Assembly: GCA_027604505.1 (NCBI GenBank)
Contig: JADIIX010000043.1
Location: 1-64,000, forward strand
Source: Gonapodya sp. JEL0774
Lineage: Eukaryota
DNA length: 64,000 nucleotides
Direction: 5' to 3'
Part shown: positions 52,743-64,000 of the stretch, piece by piece
Layout of the letters: the number at the start of each line of letters is the position of its first letter
Numbering within the stretch: position 1 is the stretch's first letter
Translations under genes and position numbers: made by a program
Notes under the pieces: model-generated
What the model was told of the DNA's origin: nothing
Seen by the model: only the letters and a program-made list of their open reading frames with translations
The model's database searches: none

Positions 52743-53463
52743 AGGGGTGAGAGGGTGCGCGCGCGGCCGGGTTAAGGCGGTTGGTGTGGGGGTGGGTGGT
52801 GGCGTGGGTTCGTGAGCGACGGATCTGAGTTGGTGGACTGGTGGGGGATACCAGGTTGGGGACTTTGGACCAGCCAGGACGCCCAAAGAGACGTGTGACA
52901 TGCACCGCCACAAAGGACTCCCAGCTTTTCATCCCCCGCGCCAGCCACCCCGGGACACGACACTCGCCCTTCCTTGTCCACCTCCACCTTGCACCGTTGT
53001 GGTTCGTTTTCCACTCCGTTTTGTCCCTCCTCGCTCCTCGCACCTACCTCCCCCACACCCGGCAACCGGTACTTGTCGGCGTACCTAGAATCGCTCGTAC
53101 ACTGCACTCTGCTCCACCCCCGCTTTCACCCGCCTCCACAATCGCCCTTTCTTTGCTCCTCCCCCTACCATACCTCCGCTCCCCGCTCCCCAGTCCCCAG
53201 ATTCCGGCGCTCTTTCCGTATCCCTCGAACCGAAACCGAGACACATCGCGAGTAGGGAGGGGGGAGGGTAGGGGAAGTGTTGGACGTTGGATCGTGACAC
53301 CGCGTACTGCGTACTGATCCCTCGGTGCAGATTTAGATGGACGTTTGTTGCCGGTGTGTACGGGACAGGACGTGTGTGGTCGCGAAAGAGGACTTTTCTG
53401 ACGCCAGCGTTATCGTAGTACTGTAGATAGAACACATTTTTTGTTTCTTTTTTTTTTGTTGGT

Positions 53464-53488
53464 TTGGATTGGATTGGATTGGATTGGA
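53464..53488 (+). repeat. (TTGGA)5 microsatellite
   Basis: Five perfect tandem pentamers, next to T-rich tracts. Confidence 0.9.
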
Positions 53489-54817
53489 TTGTTTGTTTGG
53501 TTGCGTTCAAAATGGTATCATTTTCCCTGGGCCAAAAGCTGTTCGTTCCTTGTTCCTGACCTGGTCTGTCGATGTGGTGGAGGTTTGAGCCTGGAATGCG
53601 GTGGTGTCTTCCGCGTGCGTGCGCATCAGTTGACACGCACATCCTCCATAGTCCGCCGGCAAACAGAGCAAGCAGCACCTGAGATCTGAATCTCGCATCG
53701 AGGCGTGTGTGCGTAACTTTCGATATTGTTCTTTATTATTATTATTTTTTCTATTTCTTTTCGGTTGTTGCGGGTGGGTCCAGAACTCTTCCGTCCGCCC
53801 ACATCTCCTGCTTTTTGCGAAAGATACTCAAATCATTTGAGCGTCTCGGTTCATATGCCCCTATGTATTTCGCGTGAGTGGAGAACATATTTGGGGTGCA
53901 AGCAGCAATCGCTGCGCGCTGAGCATACTTGGAGACGCCACAAAGGCATGTCAGAGCTCAAAAATCCCCACTCCACCGTTATAACACATGGGTGAAAAGG
54001 GATGCCCAAGGAATCGTTCGCCATGTCATGTTTTGTCAGCCCAGAACAGTAGTGTGATCGACTCATCGCGAAAGCGGACTCTCTGATGAGCGAGGCCGCT
54101 GGATAACACTTATCCACATACGTATATATATATAAATATATAATCAAACTATTGGAACTGAGACGCGCTCGTTCGAAGAAATAAGCTTTCGGCGTCATCA
54201 AAAGCCTCTCTTGATGGACGGCGGGCCGGGGTCACACAGTTTGCAACTGGTGCGGCGAATGCAGGGCGGGTCTCAATGGTGTGAAGTGCCGGTCACACTA
54301 CAAGTATGAAGGGGATGGTCACTCAAGACTTTGCATTTAATATGGGGACAATTTGATTTGGGTGGGGGCAAGAGGATGGCGGATGCGATGATTGATCTTT
54401 GGGAACAACCCTGAACTGGTGGGCACCGTCCGTAAGAAATGGAGCGTGTGGGCTTAGAGAGATACTTAACTAACGCAAGAAGAAACTAATAAAAGTTTAT
54501 TGGAATGTCGGGCATTGATGTCATAGTTAAGAAAAGGCAAAGATTATTTTCATGTTCGGTGGCGGTGGCGTTTCGAGTACGGGGGCAAAGCCCCCTGTGG
54601 AGTTCAGGCTGCCCATTTTCAAGCAGACCAGGGCAATTTTCCTATTTGAGAGAGGCCGGAACTCTCGCATCGCCCATCGAAAGAACCCAAAGCATCAACT
54701 CTGCGCATCTGCGTCTTTTGCTTTTTACTCTTCCTCTTTCCTCCCGCCCCTCTGGCTCCGCCGATCCTCTTGCTTAAATTCATGTCCACAGCCCCAGACC
54801 GACCTGCACACCGTAAA

Positions 54818-56752
54818 ATGGCCTGCGCTGCCCGTCTCTCCCTCGCTTCTGCCCTTGTTGCTCTCTTCTCCCTCGCCGTCATCGCTCCGGCTCCCACCCT
54901 TGCCCAGACGACCAACCCCGTCCCGGCCCCGACACTGCCCTGGCTCGGAGCCTCACTCGACTGGAACAATGACAGTCCGCTCAGCTTTTCAAGTCGTATT
55001 GGGCGATCTAGTTTACTCTACATGTGGTTCATGGCTGTTCCGATCGAGGACGGTGCTTTTGAATACCTCAAGACCAAAATCCTCAGGGAACCGTTCCCCG
55101 CGAATGGCACACTGGTGGTGACTATGGAGCCAGTCGCTGGGTTAAGTGTAGTTACGGATGCGGAGGTTGTCAATATTGTCAAGACTTGCAAAACTTTGAA
55201 CGATGCAGGCATTTCGGTGCTCCTCCGGTGAGCCCTCCTTGCGACACATCAGATATGTTTCCATCCGTTCTCACATATACGCTCTATTCGTTTCTGAATC
55301 CTGTGGGATTCTCATCGTGCTTTTCCTCTCTCGCAGATGGGCACACGAGATGAACGGCGACTGTGGGTCTCTGTACGCATTTTTCAAATTATTCATATAA
55401 AAATCATCATCCCCTCTGTACAATGCTTTCGCTTTATAGGGTACAGATGGGGTATCCAACCTGCTCTTTACCGTCAGGTCTTCCAAACAGTCGCGACGTG
55501 AGTTCCATGTCTCCGACCCCAAGCTCGAAGTCGCTCTGACTTTTCGACACATGCTCCCCACCTGCCAGTGCCGTGCACGCTGGTGCCCCTAAAACCGCCA
55601 TGCTTTGGTCTCCCAACATTGGTGTGACATACCCCTACGCGGCCAATTCGTCTGCGGTCCCTGGAACCGCTGATTTCCTCGAACTCGACACGAACAAGGA
55701 CGGTGTTGTTGACGTGAACGATGACCCGTACGGACCTTTCTGGCCAGGTGACCAATACGTCGACTGGGTTGGAATGAGTTTGTGTGAGTTTTGGGGAGTC
55801 TGTGGACGGGCTATTTTGTTGGATCGGATCACTGAACTGTTGGCACATGATTCGGTCCCTCGTTTCCTCCGCTCCTCAGACTGGACTGGAAGCCCCTTTG
55901 GCCAGAACACGATCCCTTTCGAAAATGATTTCTCAAACTCTATCAGGGGTAAGGATCCACAGACGGGTGTCAAGATATCCACCCCAGACTTCTACGAAGT
56001 CTACTCGGTCGGAAAGAACAAGCCGTTCATTATCACTGAAACTGGTGCCATGCACGTTGATGGCAGGACGGGGTATGTGGATGAGTTGTCATTGCATCTT
56101 TGTTCTGCTCTCACGACCCCATCTTCCTAGACCTGATGAATTGACCATCAAACGTGCTTGGTGGCAGCAAACCATTACCGCCCCTGCTTTGACCGAGTTC
56201 CCCATGATGAAGGGTATGCTTTTGTACGAGGTCACGGTCATTGCTCCTCGCGAGTTCAACACGAGCGTCAACATCTCTTACGCTTACACGAGGAACTCCA
56301 CCATTCGAGATCCATTCGTGCTTGATTTGCCGTACGATTCGTATACATTCGGACCGTAAGTAGTGGAGATTCTGTGAACTAAGGGGGAACGTGCTGGATT
56401 CTCATCACGTGCAACCACACCATTTTCCTTCATCGCAACTCTCAGTGCAACCGCGTTCACCGGTTACTCTATCGACACTACGCCCATCGCCATGACTGGG
56501 ACACTCATCACTGGCAAAGTTACTCAGGTCCAAGCTGGGGCTGCTGGATCTACTGGATCTGCCACAAGATCTACAACTGCTGGTGCCAAGTCAACCAGCA
56601 CTGCCAGTTCTACCGTTGGCGGCGTTATGGGATCATCATCAGGGACAAGTACAAAGACTGGTGGCGCTGGATGGGTCGGAGAGTGGGATTCCAGGAGGTG
56701 GGCCGTTGCGGCAGTGGCTGCGTTGGTGGGGTTGGCCGCCGTCGTGGCTTGA
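54818..56752 (+). CDS. Glycoside hydrolase family 26 (beta-mannanase-like), secreted and probably GPI-anchored
   Basis: Signal peptide. LR|WAHEMNGD|WY (acid/base Glu), MLWSPN, DPYGPFWPGDQYVDWVGMS, KPFIITETG (nucleophile Glu). S/T/G-rich stalk and hydrophobic C-terminus. Confidence 0.92.
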
Positions 56753-57195
56753 ATGCCTTGAATAGTACTTTATACCGGCTGAAGCTGGGTCACTTATGTG
56801 TTGAGGGATTTCGCACGGTTGCTTGCCTTTGAATGCATGATGCTTCACGTGTCCACTCTTGATTCGCAAATATATATTTACCTTTCAAACAATGAACCTG
56901 TATCAGAGAGTCATGTGAACAGGATTTAAGGTAGTGTTCCCTTGAGTGGATGGAAACACGATAGGAACAACCACAGCCGGTGGTGGACAATGGGTTGTGA
57001 CAACAACTTCACCCGAACTTTGCCCACTAGAAACAGCAAATTCTCTCTCCCTGGTAGCTTGCCCATTAGAAACAGCAAATAAAAATGTCTCTCTCGAAGA
57101 TATATCAGCTGTAAGAGGGCAACCGTGCAATTGTTCGTATTCATTCTGCTCAACTATGACGCTGGCAGATGCGTCTCAATAGCCAATTAGCGCAG

Positions 57196-58554
57196 TCACC
57201 TGCGATATCGTTCCCTACTGTAACTTCGACCACCATTCCTCGGAGAACTGCTTCGTGACCTTTCCCTCTCACGGCGGTCGCGAGTGTCCCTCACACGATC
57301 TCTACTTCTGTTTCTATAGTTCACTGTTTCCCTAACAGCATCCCGCCCGTTCCTATTGGTGGGTGGAGACGCTCTCCGCTTAACTTCTCGATAAGGTGAA
57401 GCTGAACGTTCTCGACGACTTCTGTCGTCGCGGTGATCACGAGAGGATGAATGCCATCGCTCAGCAGAGTCTGATCGAGGTTTTGGGGGTGCTTCCACCC
57501 AACCGTATTCGTCATCATCCATATCGTCCCGATCCTTCTTCCCATCCTCCCGACGGCGATTTTTGCGTTCCTCTTTCGCTTTCTCCTTCCGTTCCTGCTT
57601 TTCTTTATCCTTTCTTTCCTTTTTCTCCCTTTTTTCTCTTTTCCGCTCTTCCTTGTTCTGCTGTCCAGATTCACGACGCGCACTCTCCCATCTAGCGTCA
57701 GTTTCGGGGTCCTCGTCCTCGACCAGATCCCACCTCTGGACCACTAGCTTCAATGTGTCGGTGCTGCTTTGTGCCTTCTTGGGACCAGTTGCCTCCTTGG
57801 ACTCTTCGTCACTGTGCTCGTCTTCACTGTTGCCTCCCTCTTCTACGATCCTCCACTTGTCCTGGGCACCTTCTTTGACAATGTCCTCCACCTTTCCGCG
57901 TTTCATTTGGGCAAAACACTCAGTTGGGAGGTGACCCCGGCCTCCGCAACGGCGGCATTCAATGTCATATGTAAGTCTTATTTCCGGGCGCCTCTCAGCG
58001 TAGCTTCCGGACACATCCTTCCCCCGACCTTTCAAATCCTGTTTCAACTGGACGTTGTTGGGGTCCCGATCTTCTCCCGTGGCTGAAGTCGGGAAGGAGT
58101 TTCAACTGGTGTAATAGAAGATGCGAGATTGCAGTAGGACAGCTCACTCTGATCCGCATATTTCAAGCTCAGGGAGATCTTCGGGCGACCTTGATCGTCC
58201 GGATCCAGCGAGATGACTTTCACCCAAACTCTATCTGAGGTAGCGTGAGAGTTTCAGAATATGTACGTTCAAAAAGTCGTCGAACCCAGACTGACCACCA
58301 GTATCGACCACTCCTTTCGCGGTATCCGTCTTGTATTTGGATAATTGGGATTTGTGAACCAGTCCTTGTCTAGCGAATCCATGAATGGCGACGAAACAGC
58401 CGTAGTCTTCAACTCTAACAACATCACCCGGTAGGATCTCGTAGAGAACAGGGAGCAGTTCCGTCTTCCCTTCTCCACCTCGAGGGGCAGTAGAAAAGTC
58501 CCTTTCACGATCCCGACGTTCGTACTCCGCTGCGCGATCGGGGTTACGAGACAT
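57196..58554 (-). CDS. S1 RNA-binding domain + CCHC zinc knuckle + K/R/S-rich tail (ZCCHC17 / pNO40-like)
   Basis: S1: GDVVRVEDYGCFVAI..QGLVHKSQLS..VWVKVISL..KISLSLKYADQ. Knuckle CRRCGGRGHLPTEC. KE- and RS-rich C-terminus. Confidence 0.85.
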
Positions 58555-58759
58555 TGGAACCGACTGGAGGTTTCATCGACCAGTGGTCCCCCACGCCAGG
58601 TCCTGATTCATTGACTTCTCGTTCAATTATCCGTTTTTGTAATTAGTTATAGTCAGTCACATTCTTCATCAAACTCTTCATCAAATCGCCCTTTCTATCA
58701 GTTTCAATCCTTGTTTCATACAAACAGAAGATAGTATTCGGCCTTTTACCACATGTACC

Positions 58760-59795
58760 TCAGTAGTTGGAAGTTGTTGCAACTCTGACTGCGGCATCGG
58801 TGAGCTGTTTCTGAAGTTCCTCCTGTGACGGAAGACTGCCAATGTCATCGTTGATATCCCTCGAGCGGTCGGCATAAAGCTGCTGACAAATACTGAAAAA
58901 ATAACTCTATGATTAAGAAATGTCAGGAAGGGCGAAAGCCAAGTGGAAACACACCGAGAAACTTCGAAAGCCGCCATCGCAGCGATGAGTTTGTGCGCCC
59001 TATTTGCATTCACGAACGATCTGCAGTAAATCGAGAAGTTTACCCCCGCACATTTCAAATTCTCACCATTGTGAGTTGGAAGCCGGGAGCCCTTGCTGCT
59101 GGCGTCTCTTTTCGTACTCCTTCATTGCCCACCAACCCACTCCAGCCTTAGACCAGTTATGTGCTTATCAATCATTCTCAATTCATCAATAAGTCAAAAA
59201 GAATGGTACCTACCGAGACGATGTTGATCAAGGTGGAAGACTTGTACTGCTTAGCATCTCCGACGGCCCGCGAGGTGGTAGTTCCACCATCTTCAGAATG
59301 AAGGGTTCAGTATATGACCATATGGAGAAAACAAAGACAGACGCTTACAAACAACAGCAAAGGCTTCCTCGGGGGTGAGGTTGGGAGGGGGAGCGCGGGC
59401 TTGACCCCCATAGGTTAAGTGAAGACCCGCGTCGTGTGATGGAACCTCATGTTGTCCACCATCCTCCGCATCGAGATAATCTATGTAGGTCAAAATAGAA
59501 TTTGCTTGATGAATTTCATCGAAATGCTCAGCGAAAACTTACTAGTCTGGGCGTCTTCATTGAGAGATTGAGCACGTGCATGGCGGGAGAGCACGCGACC
59601 GGGACAAGGATGTTCCAAGTTTAGGTGCGACCAGCACGTACAATAAGCAGTGCCAAAATCATCAAAATGGAAGAGTAGTGGGAATGGGAGAACGAGGGAT
59701 TCAGCAAACCGCGGGTTGAATGAAGCCGAAGGCCAATCTCGGACAACGCGAAAACACAATGGATCCCGGCTGAGCAGGTCCTGACGCGGATCCAT
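58760..59795 (-). CDS. DUF3759 / CipC-like small protein, at least 6 exons, start uncertain
   Basis: Spliced EEAFAVV|YGG..YKSSTLINIVS|AGVGWWAMKEYEKRRQQQGLPASNSQ|WAHKLIAAMAAFEVSR resembles the CipC pattern (A..VYG..HK.S..HELIAGAA.FEAMK.YE..G.P.SH..AKELLAG.AA.EV). Confidence 0.65.
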
Positions 59796-60027
59796 GGAAA
59801 CCTACAAGACATGGACGATGAGAATTATTGGACTTCGAGTGTTAGAGTCAAACTGAGATGTAAATGAATTGCACGACCCTGAGGCTTCCTGAAGTGAATT
59901 TTAGCTTTGGCCCCGGACCATACATATTACAGAAGTACAAAGGCATCAACAGGCATTATGTATAAAATGAAATCCACCCACACAACCGTAATGAGGAAGG
60001 TTATTATTGCCGTAGCTTTCTCCGTTA

Positions 60028-62025
60028 TTACAACTCCTCGTTGGGCTGTTTCTTCGTCCCGGATATATCCTGACTCATCAAGTTAATAAAATCAAAACCA
60101 ACCTCGGCTGCCGCAAGTGTGGTTTGCTCCGATTGTGGTGTGCTTTCATCAAAATGACTATATGTGAGAGAGCATACCTCACCGCAAAGAGATAGGCTTA
60201 GATACTCACTCGTACGGCGGGGAGACTTCCACCACGTCAGCACCAATGACTCTGAGCCGGCCCTTCAGTCCCCTCAATATAGCTCTCAGCTCACGTGTTG
60301 TCCAGCCTCCGACCTCAGGGGTACCCGTGCCTGTGAAGATAAAACCTGGTTGAGTTCATCATCTTTCAAAGCGAGAAACAAAATTCGCTGCTTACCTGGC
60401 GCAAAGGCCGGATCCAACACATCGATGTCGAGGGAGATGTACACCAGGGGTGGCTCGGCAGTGGCTTTGCCTCCAGAGACCACCTCAACAATCCTATCTA
60501 TCACCCCCTTGACGCCAAGCTGGTCAATGTCGGCAGCATGAATTCTCTTGAATCCAACTGCGTCGTCCGTGGCATAGTCACCCATATCCACGAGCTTGCC
60601 TCGAAGCCCAACATGAAGGTTGAGACCGTCCGCGGGAATAAGCCCTTCGTTGACAGCATGCCACAAAGGGGTACCGTGATTCAGTCCGAGCATTGGTGAG
60701 CCTGGAACAGATGGGTAGGGATTCGTGGGAGAGGTCTTCGCGTCACCACCCGTGTCCGACCCGCCCAGCGCGGCAGGTTCCCAAGTGTCTGCCGATTCAG
60801 TATCAGAGAATCGCTTACGAGATTGCAAAATAACGGAAAATATCGTGAGCTCACCGATATGACTGTCAAAGTGAATGACTATTCACGGAGTGGGAATGTA
60901 ATTCACATATGAGTATCCTCAAAACTTCGCTACCGCGACAAAATAGAGAAATGCACCATGGAACGTCTTCCCATGTATTTTGTTGAGAACGCGCAATATT
61001 GGGAGCACGATTGTGTGGTCGCCTCCAAGGGTAAGGATTCGCGGGTGGCCCTGTCAATCACGACACCTGACTTTAGTTCAGCGCACAATGGTTACGATGT
61101 GAGACACGGAGCGTGATTTACAAACGTACTTTGGTCCACTTAGGGCTCGCCTCTGGATCTGCTGTCTTTCGTCCAGCGACCTCAGTCAAGTACGCCTCCA
61201 TCTGTGCAATTGCCACTGCGTTATCAGAATACGCCGTGGGTATATCACCGCAATCTACGATTGTGGCCCATCTCCTCAATGGATTATCGTCGATAATAGG
61301 ATCGTGGGCCTACGTAAATTTATGCGTGTGAAGGATCAGTTCCAATTGATGAGAATTGGTGGGTTGTTGAGAGAGAAAAGGGAGGGGAGGAAGTAAGGAA
61401 ATGGATGAGTATATTATCAAAATAGTCAGTATTTCGAAGATGGCAGAAAACCGACAAACTGTGCCGACAACCGCATGCTCGCTGCCCGAATGCCACGAGG
61501 TCCAAAGCGTGCGCCGGGACGGTACGTGACAGAGGTGTCTAGGCAAAATTAAACCTATTGTTAGCGAAAAGCGTGGATGTGCTGAAGCTGAATTGCGTTT
61601 CATAGGGGAACGCAATTCTGAATTATTGCGGAGCACAAACCACCTGACTTACCAAACGGAATCCCCACGACTGCAATATCAAACTTCGGATAAAGAAGTC
61701 TTTCAATGACCTTTGCTGCATCTAGCTTTATTCCATCCTTCTCCACAACCTTTTGAGACTGTGAACCGCGACTCCCAACCACTCTGCCAAGTTCTATGAG
61801 AGTTTCTGAATCCACATCTTTCGCCAGTGATTTGAAGCACGATTTCACATATGGCGTGTGCGCAAAAGTGGCAACACCCGCAAACTCAAGCATGGGACGC
61901 TCGAGCTCTGGGAACAGCGGGTGAGTTGGATCATCCAAGGCACCAACAGGCAGAGAGTTTGCGGGAGCCGCGGCGAGAGCCGCCAAAGCCAAAGAGGCGA
62001 CTAAAATGCGAAGCGGAGTTGGCAT
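60028..62025 (-). CDS. Agmatinase / ureohydrolase (arginase family) with N-terminal signal peptide
   Basis: [100 protein letters not shown]. Confidence 0.95.
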
Positions 62026-62487
62026 CCGTAGCAATGAAAACGAATGTTTATTTTTCGTACAAACTGATCCGCGTTTCGATCATCGTGCTGGGGCCGCCCT
62101 CAAACACCTCCACCTCTCCACGCACTGCTTGCAATATGTGAGACTCAGTCTAGCACTCGGTCTTCAAAGGCGAGCGTTCGCTTGGACTGAGAGTAGTTGA
62201 TGAAGCTCTTTACGCGGGTCCTAGTCCCAAATCATGACCTAAATATGTTTCAGACAGACAGAGATGAAAAGAAAATATTTAGTTTGTCAATGGGTTGTGG
62301 GAGAGCTTTAACATTCTTGAGCGTTTTGCGAAGAGTCTTCGAAAGTGGCAGGCCCCATTTGAGCCGATTCCGATCCAATACGTGCACCTGCCGGATCGTC
62401 TTTCCGCTTTTTAAGGAACAGAGTCACCTGCGCGGAAAAGACATATCTGCCATCATTTTCTGAAACGCGTGGGCTTTGCAATCGACC

Positions 62488-63711
62488 ATGGCCCCATTGA
62501 TTCCGGCCCAGCTTCGACAATCTCGTAACGCAAATCCGGTAATCCCGGGGCATGCTTCATCAGTTATCATTGCCGCTCCTCGTCCTCGGGCAGAAATCAA
62601 ATCAGGAGAGGAAGACTATCGGATTCTACTCCTGCAAAGGAGTGCCAGGCAAGTGATGGCTATTCGTTGCCATTTGAATCAGTTCTTCTTCGGTGCAAGC
62701 CCTTTATTCAACATTTTAGAGGACAATTTGGTGGACTCATGGTATTTCCTGGTGGAAAAATTGAAGAAATTGATCGGGATACACGATGGGAACCATTACT
62801 TAACCGTGTCGCCGTCGACTATCGGCCAAACACATTTAAGAAAGAGATTGTGCCACATGCACTCGCTGGCATTCGAGAAACATTTGAGGAATGTGGCATT
62901 CTGATGTGCTCGGCTGCCAAAAAATGGACGCGGACAGAGGTTACAAGCTGGAGGGCACGAGTACACAATAATGCGTCCGCATTTTTGGATTTCTGTCTTC
63001 AGAACGATGCTTTGCCTCTCACTGCTGGACTCACTTACTGGAGCAATTGGATCACCCCCAAGGATGCGCCCAAGCGTTTCGATGTCAAGTTTTTCTTGAC
63101 TGTCCTACCCGAAACAACAGAAGAGGTGATTGAGAGAATAAAGGAACGAACCTCTGCAGATGGTACAGAAATATTATCCTTTAAGTGGATGACTCCAAGT
63201 GAGTTGATACATTTGTCGCTCGTGTCCGTGTATTACTCTCAATCTGCGACTGAACTGTTCCAATCAGAGGAAGCCATGGACGCTTTCAACAGTGGCCAAA
63301 TCAATCTGATTGATCCTCAATTCGCTCAACTCGCTGAATTGCACCAACGCTACCCGAAGTTGGACCAACTGCGTGCCTTCGTTCGACAAAAGGATCCCCA
63401 GGTTAGAACGGCGTTCGAGACAATGCCCTGCTCCCCAGAGTTCTACGTGAACGATGATGGCACAACTGGTGGGCAATCGGGTTTGTTGTTGAAACGAAAT
63501 ATCCGCTCTTAAATCAGCTTGTTTCATGCACATAGTGGTCGCACTGCCTGGTGATCCTATCTACTCCGAGGCAACGTCGATTCCCGGCTGTCGGGTTTCA
63601 GACCGTCATCGTATTTTGCTTGAGACCAAAGGCGGCACTGACTACCGCAAGATGGAATATGTGCGCGAACTGGTATTTGACAATGAACAGGGCGCCACGT
63701 CTAAACTGTAA
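62488..63711 (+). CDS. Nudix hydrolase, NUDT19-like acyl-CoA diphosphatase, with PTS1 (SKL)
   Basis: ILLLQRSA|RGQFGGLMVFPGGKIE..D, AGIRETFEECGI, WSNWITP..PKRFDVKFF, ADGTEI..WMTP, INLIDPQ. Protein ends ATSKL*. Confidence 0.9.
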
Positions 63712-63779
63712 TCCGTTTGTTGATATTTTCAAATGACGACTTTCTATACATAGAACAGATATAAAATGAATGTTTAAAA

Positions 63780-64000
63780 TCACTGATTTTGCTCCTCTAA
63801 ATCTTTCGTGAACTTCTCGGACACCCCGAGCACCGTTCGAACCTGCCGCATTCCAAGATCCACATCTTGACTGGTCGCAATACACTTTGCAGTTTTGACG
63901 ATGCTCCGGATCTGCCGTCCGTTGAGTGCTACCTTTGCAAGGTTTGTGATATCCTCGTCGGTGAACGAGTAGCTCTTTCCAGCAGCGTTCTGCAAGCACC
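63780..64000 (-). CDS. C-terminal end of a fungal AAA+ ATPase (partial, runs off the window)
   Basis: DITNLAKVALNGRQIRSIVKTA..A matches the LNGRQIxN lid motif of fungal AAA proteins. Confidence 0.75.
   Translation of the reverse strand, partial: CLQNAAGKSYSFTDEDITNLAKVALNGRQIRSIVKTAKCIATSQDVDLGMRQVRTVLGVSEKFTKDLEEQNQ

Noticed and set aside
54082..54110. CTGATGA plus small hairpin, hammerhead-ribozyme-like (also near 37398)
   Set aside because: The required GAAA core after stem II is missing in both cases.
58740..58752. GCCTTTTACC resembling U5 snRNA loop I
   Set aside because: Flanks do not form the closing stem, and it lies just past the stop codon of a minus-strand gene.

Overview
Intron-rich eukaryotic DNA, about 50-55% GC by eye and gene-dense (about 23 protein-coding genes). 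Most introns are GT-AG and 55-110 nt long. The gene set (Spt8, Spc24, Uds1-domain protein, DUF3759/CipC-like, fungal-type GH26, plus a class C-like GPCR, a plant-type Deg protease and ZCCHC17) suggests an early-diverging, chytrid/monoblepharid-like fungus; this is inference only. Gene models were stitched by hand across introns, so coordinates are gene spans and some ends are approximate. No rRNA, tRNA, CRISPR array or intact mobile element was recognised. Most notable observations: (1) a chimeric receptor made of a bacterial ABC-type Venus-flytrap domain, a class C-like 7TM and a PH-like tail; (2) a bacterial-type acyl-CoA synthetase with about 15 introns and a -SKL peroxisomal tag; (3) a recurring G-rich/C-rich strand-skew pattern locked to exon-intron structure in a subset of genes; (4) a Deg2/9-like protease with a large acidic insertion in its PDZ region; (5) two spliced genes not visible as intact ORFs in the track.
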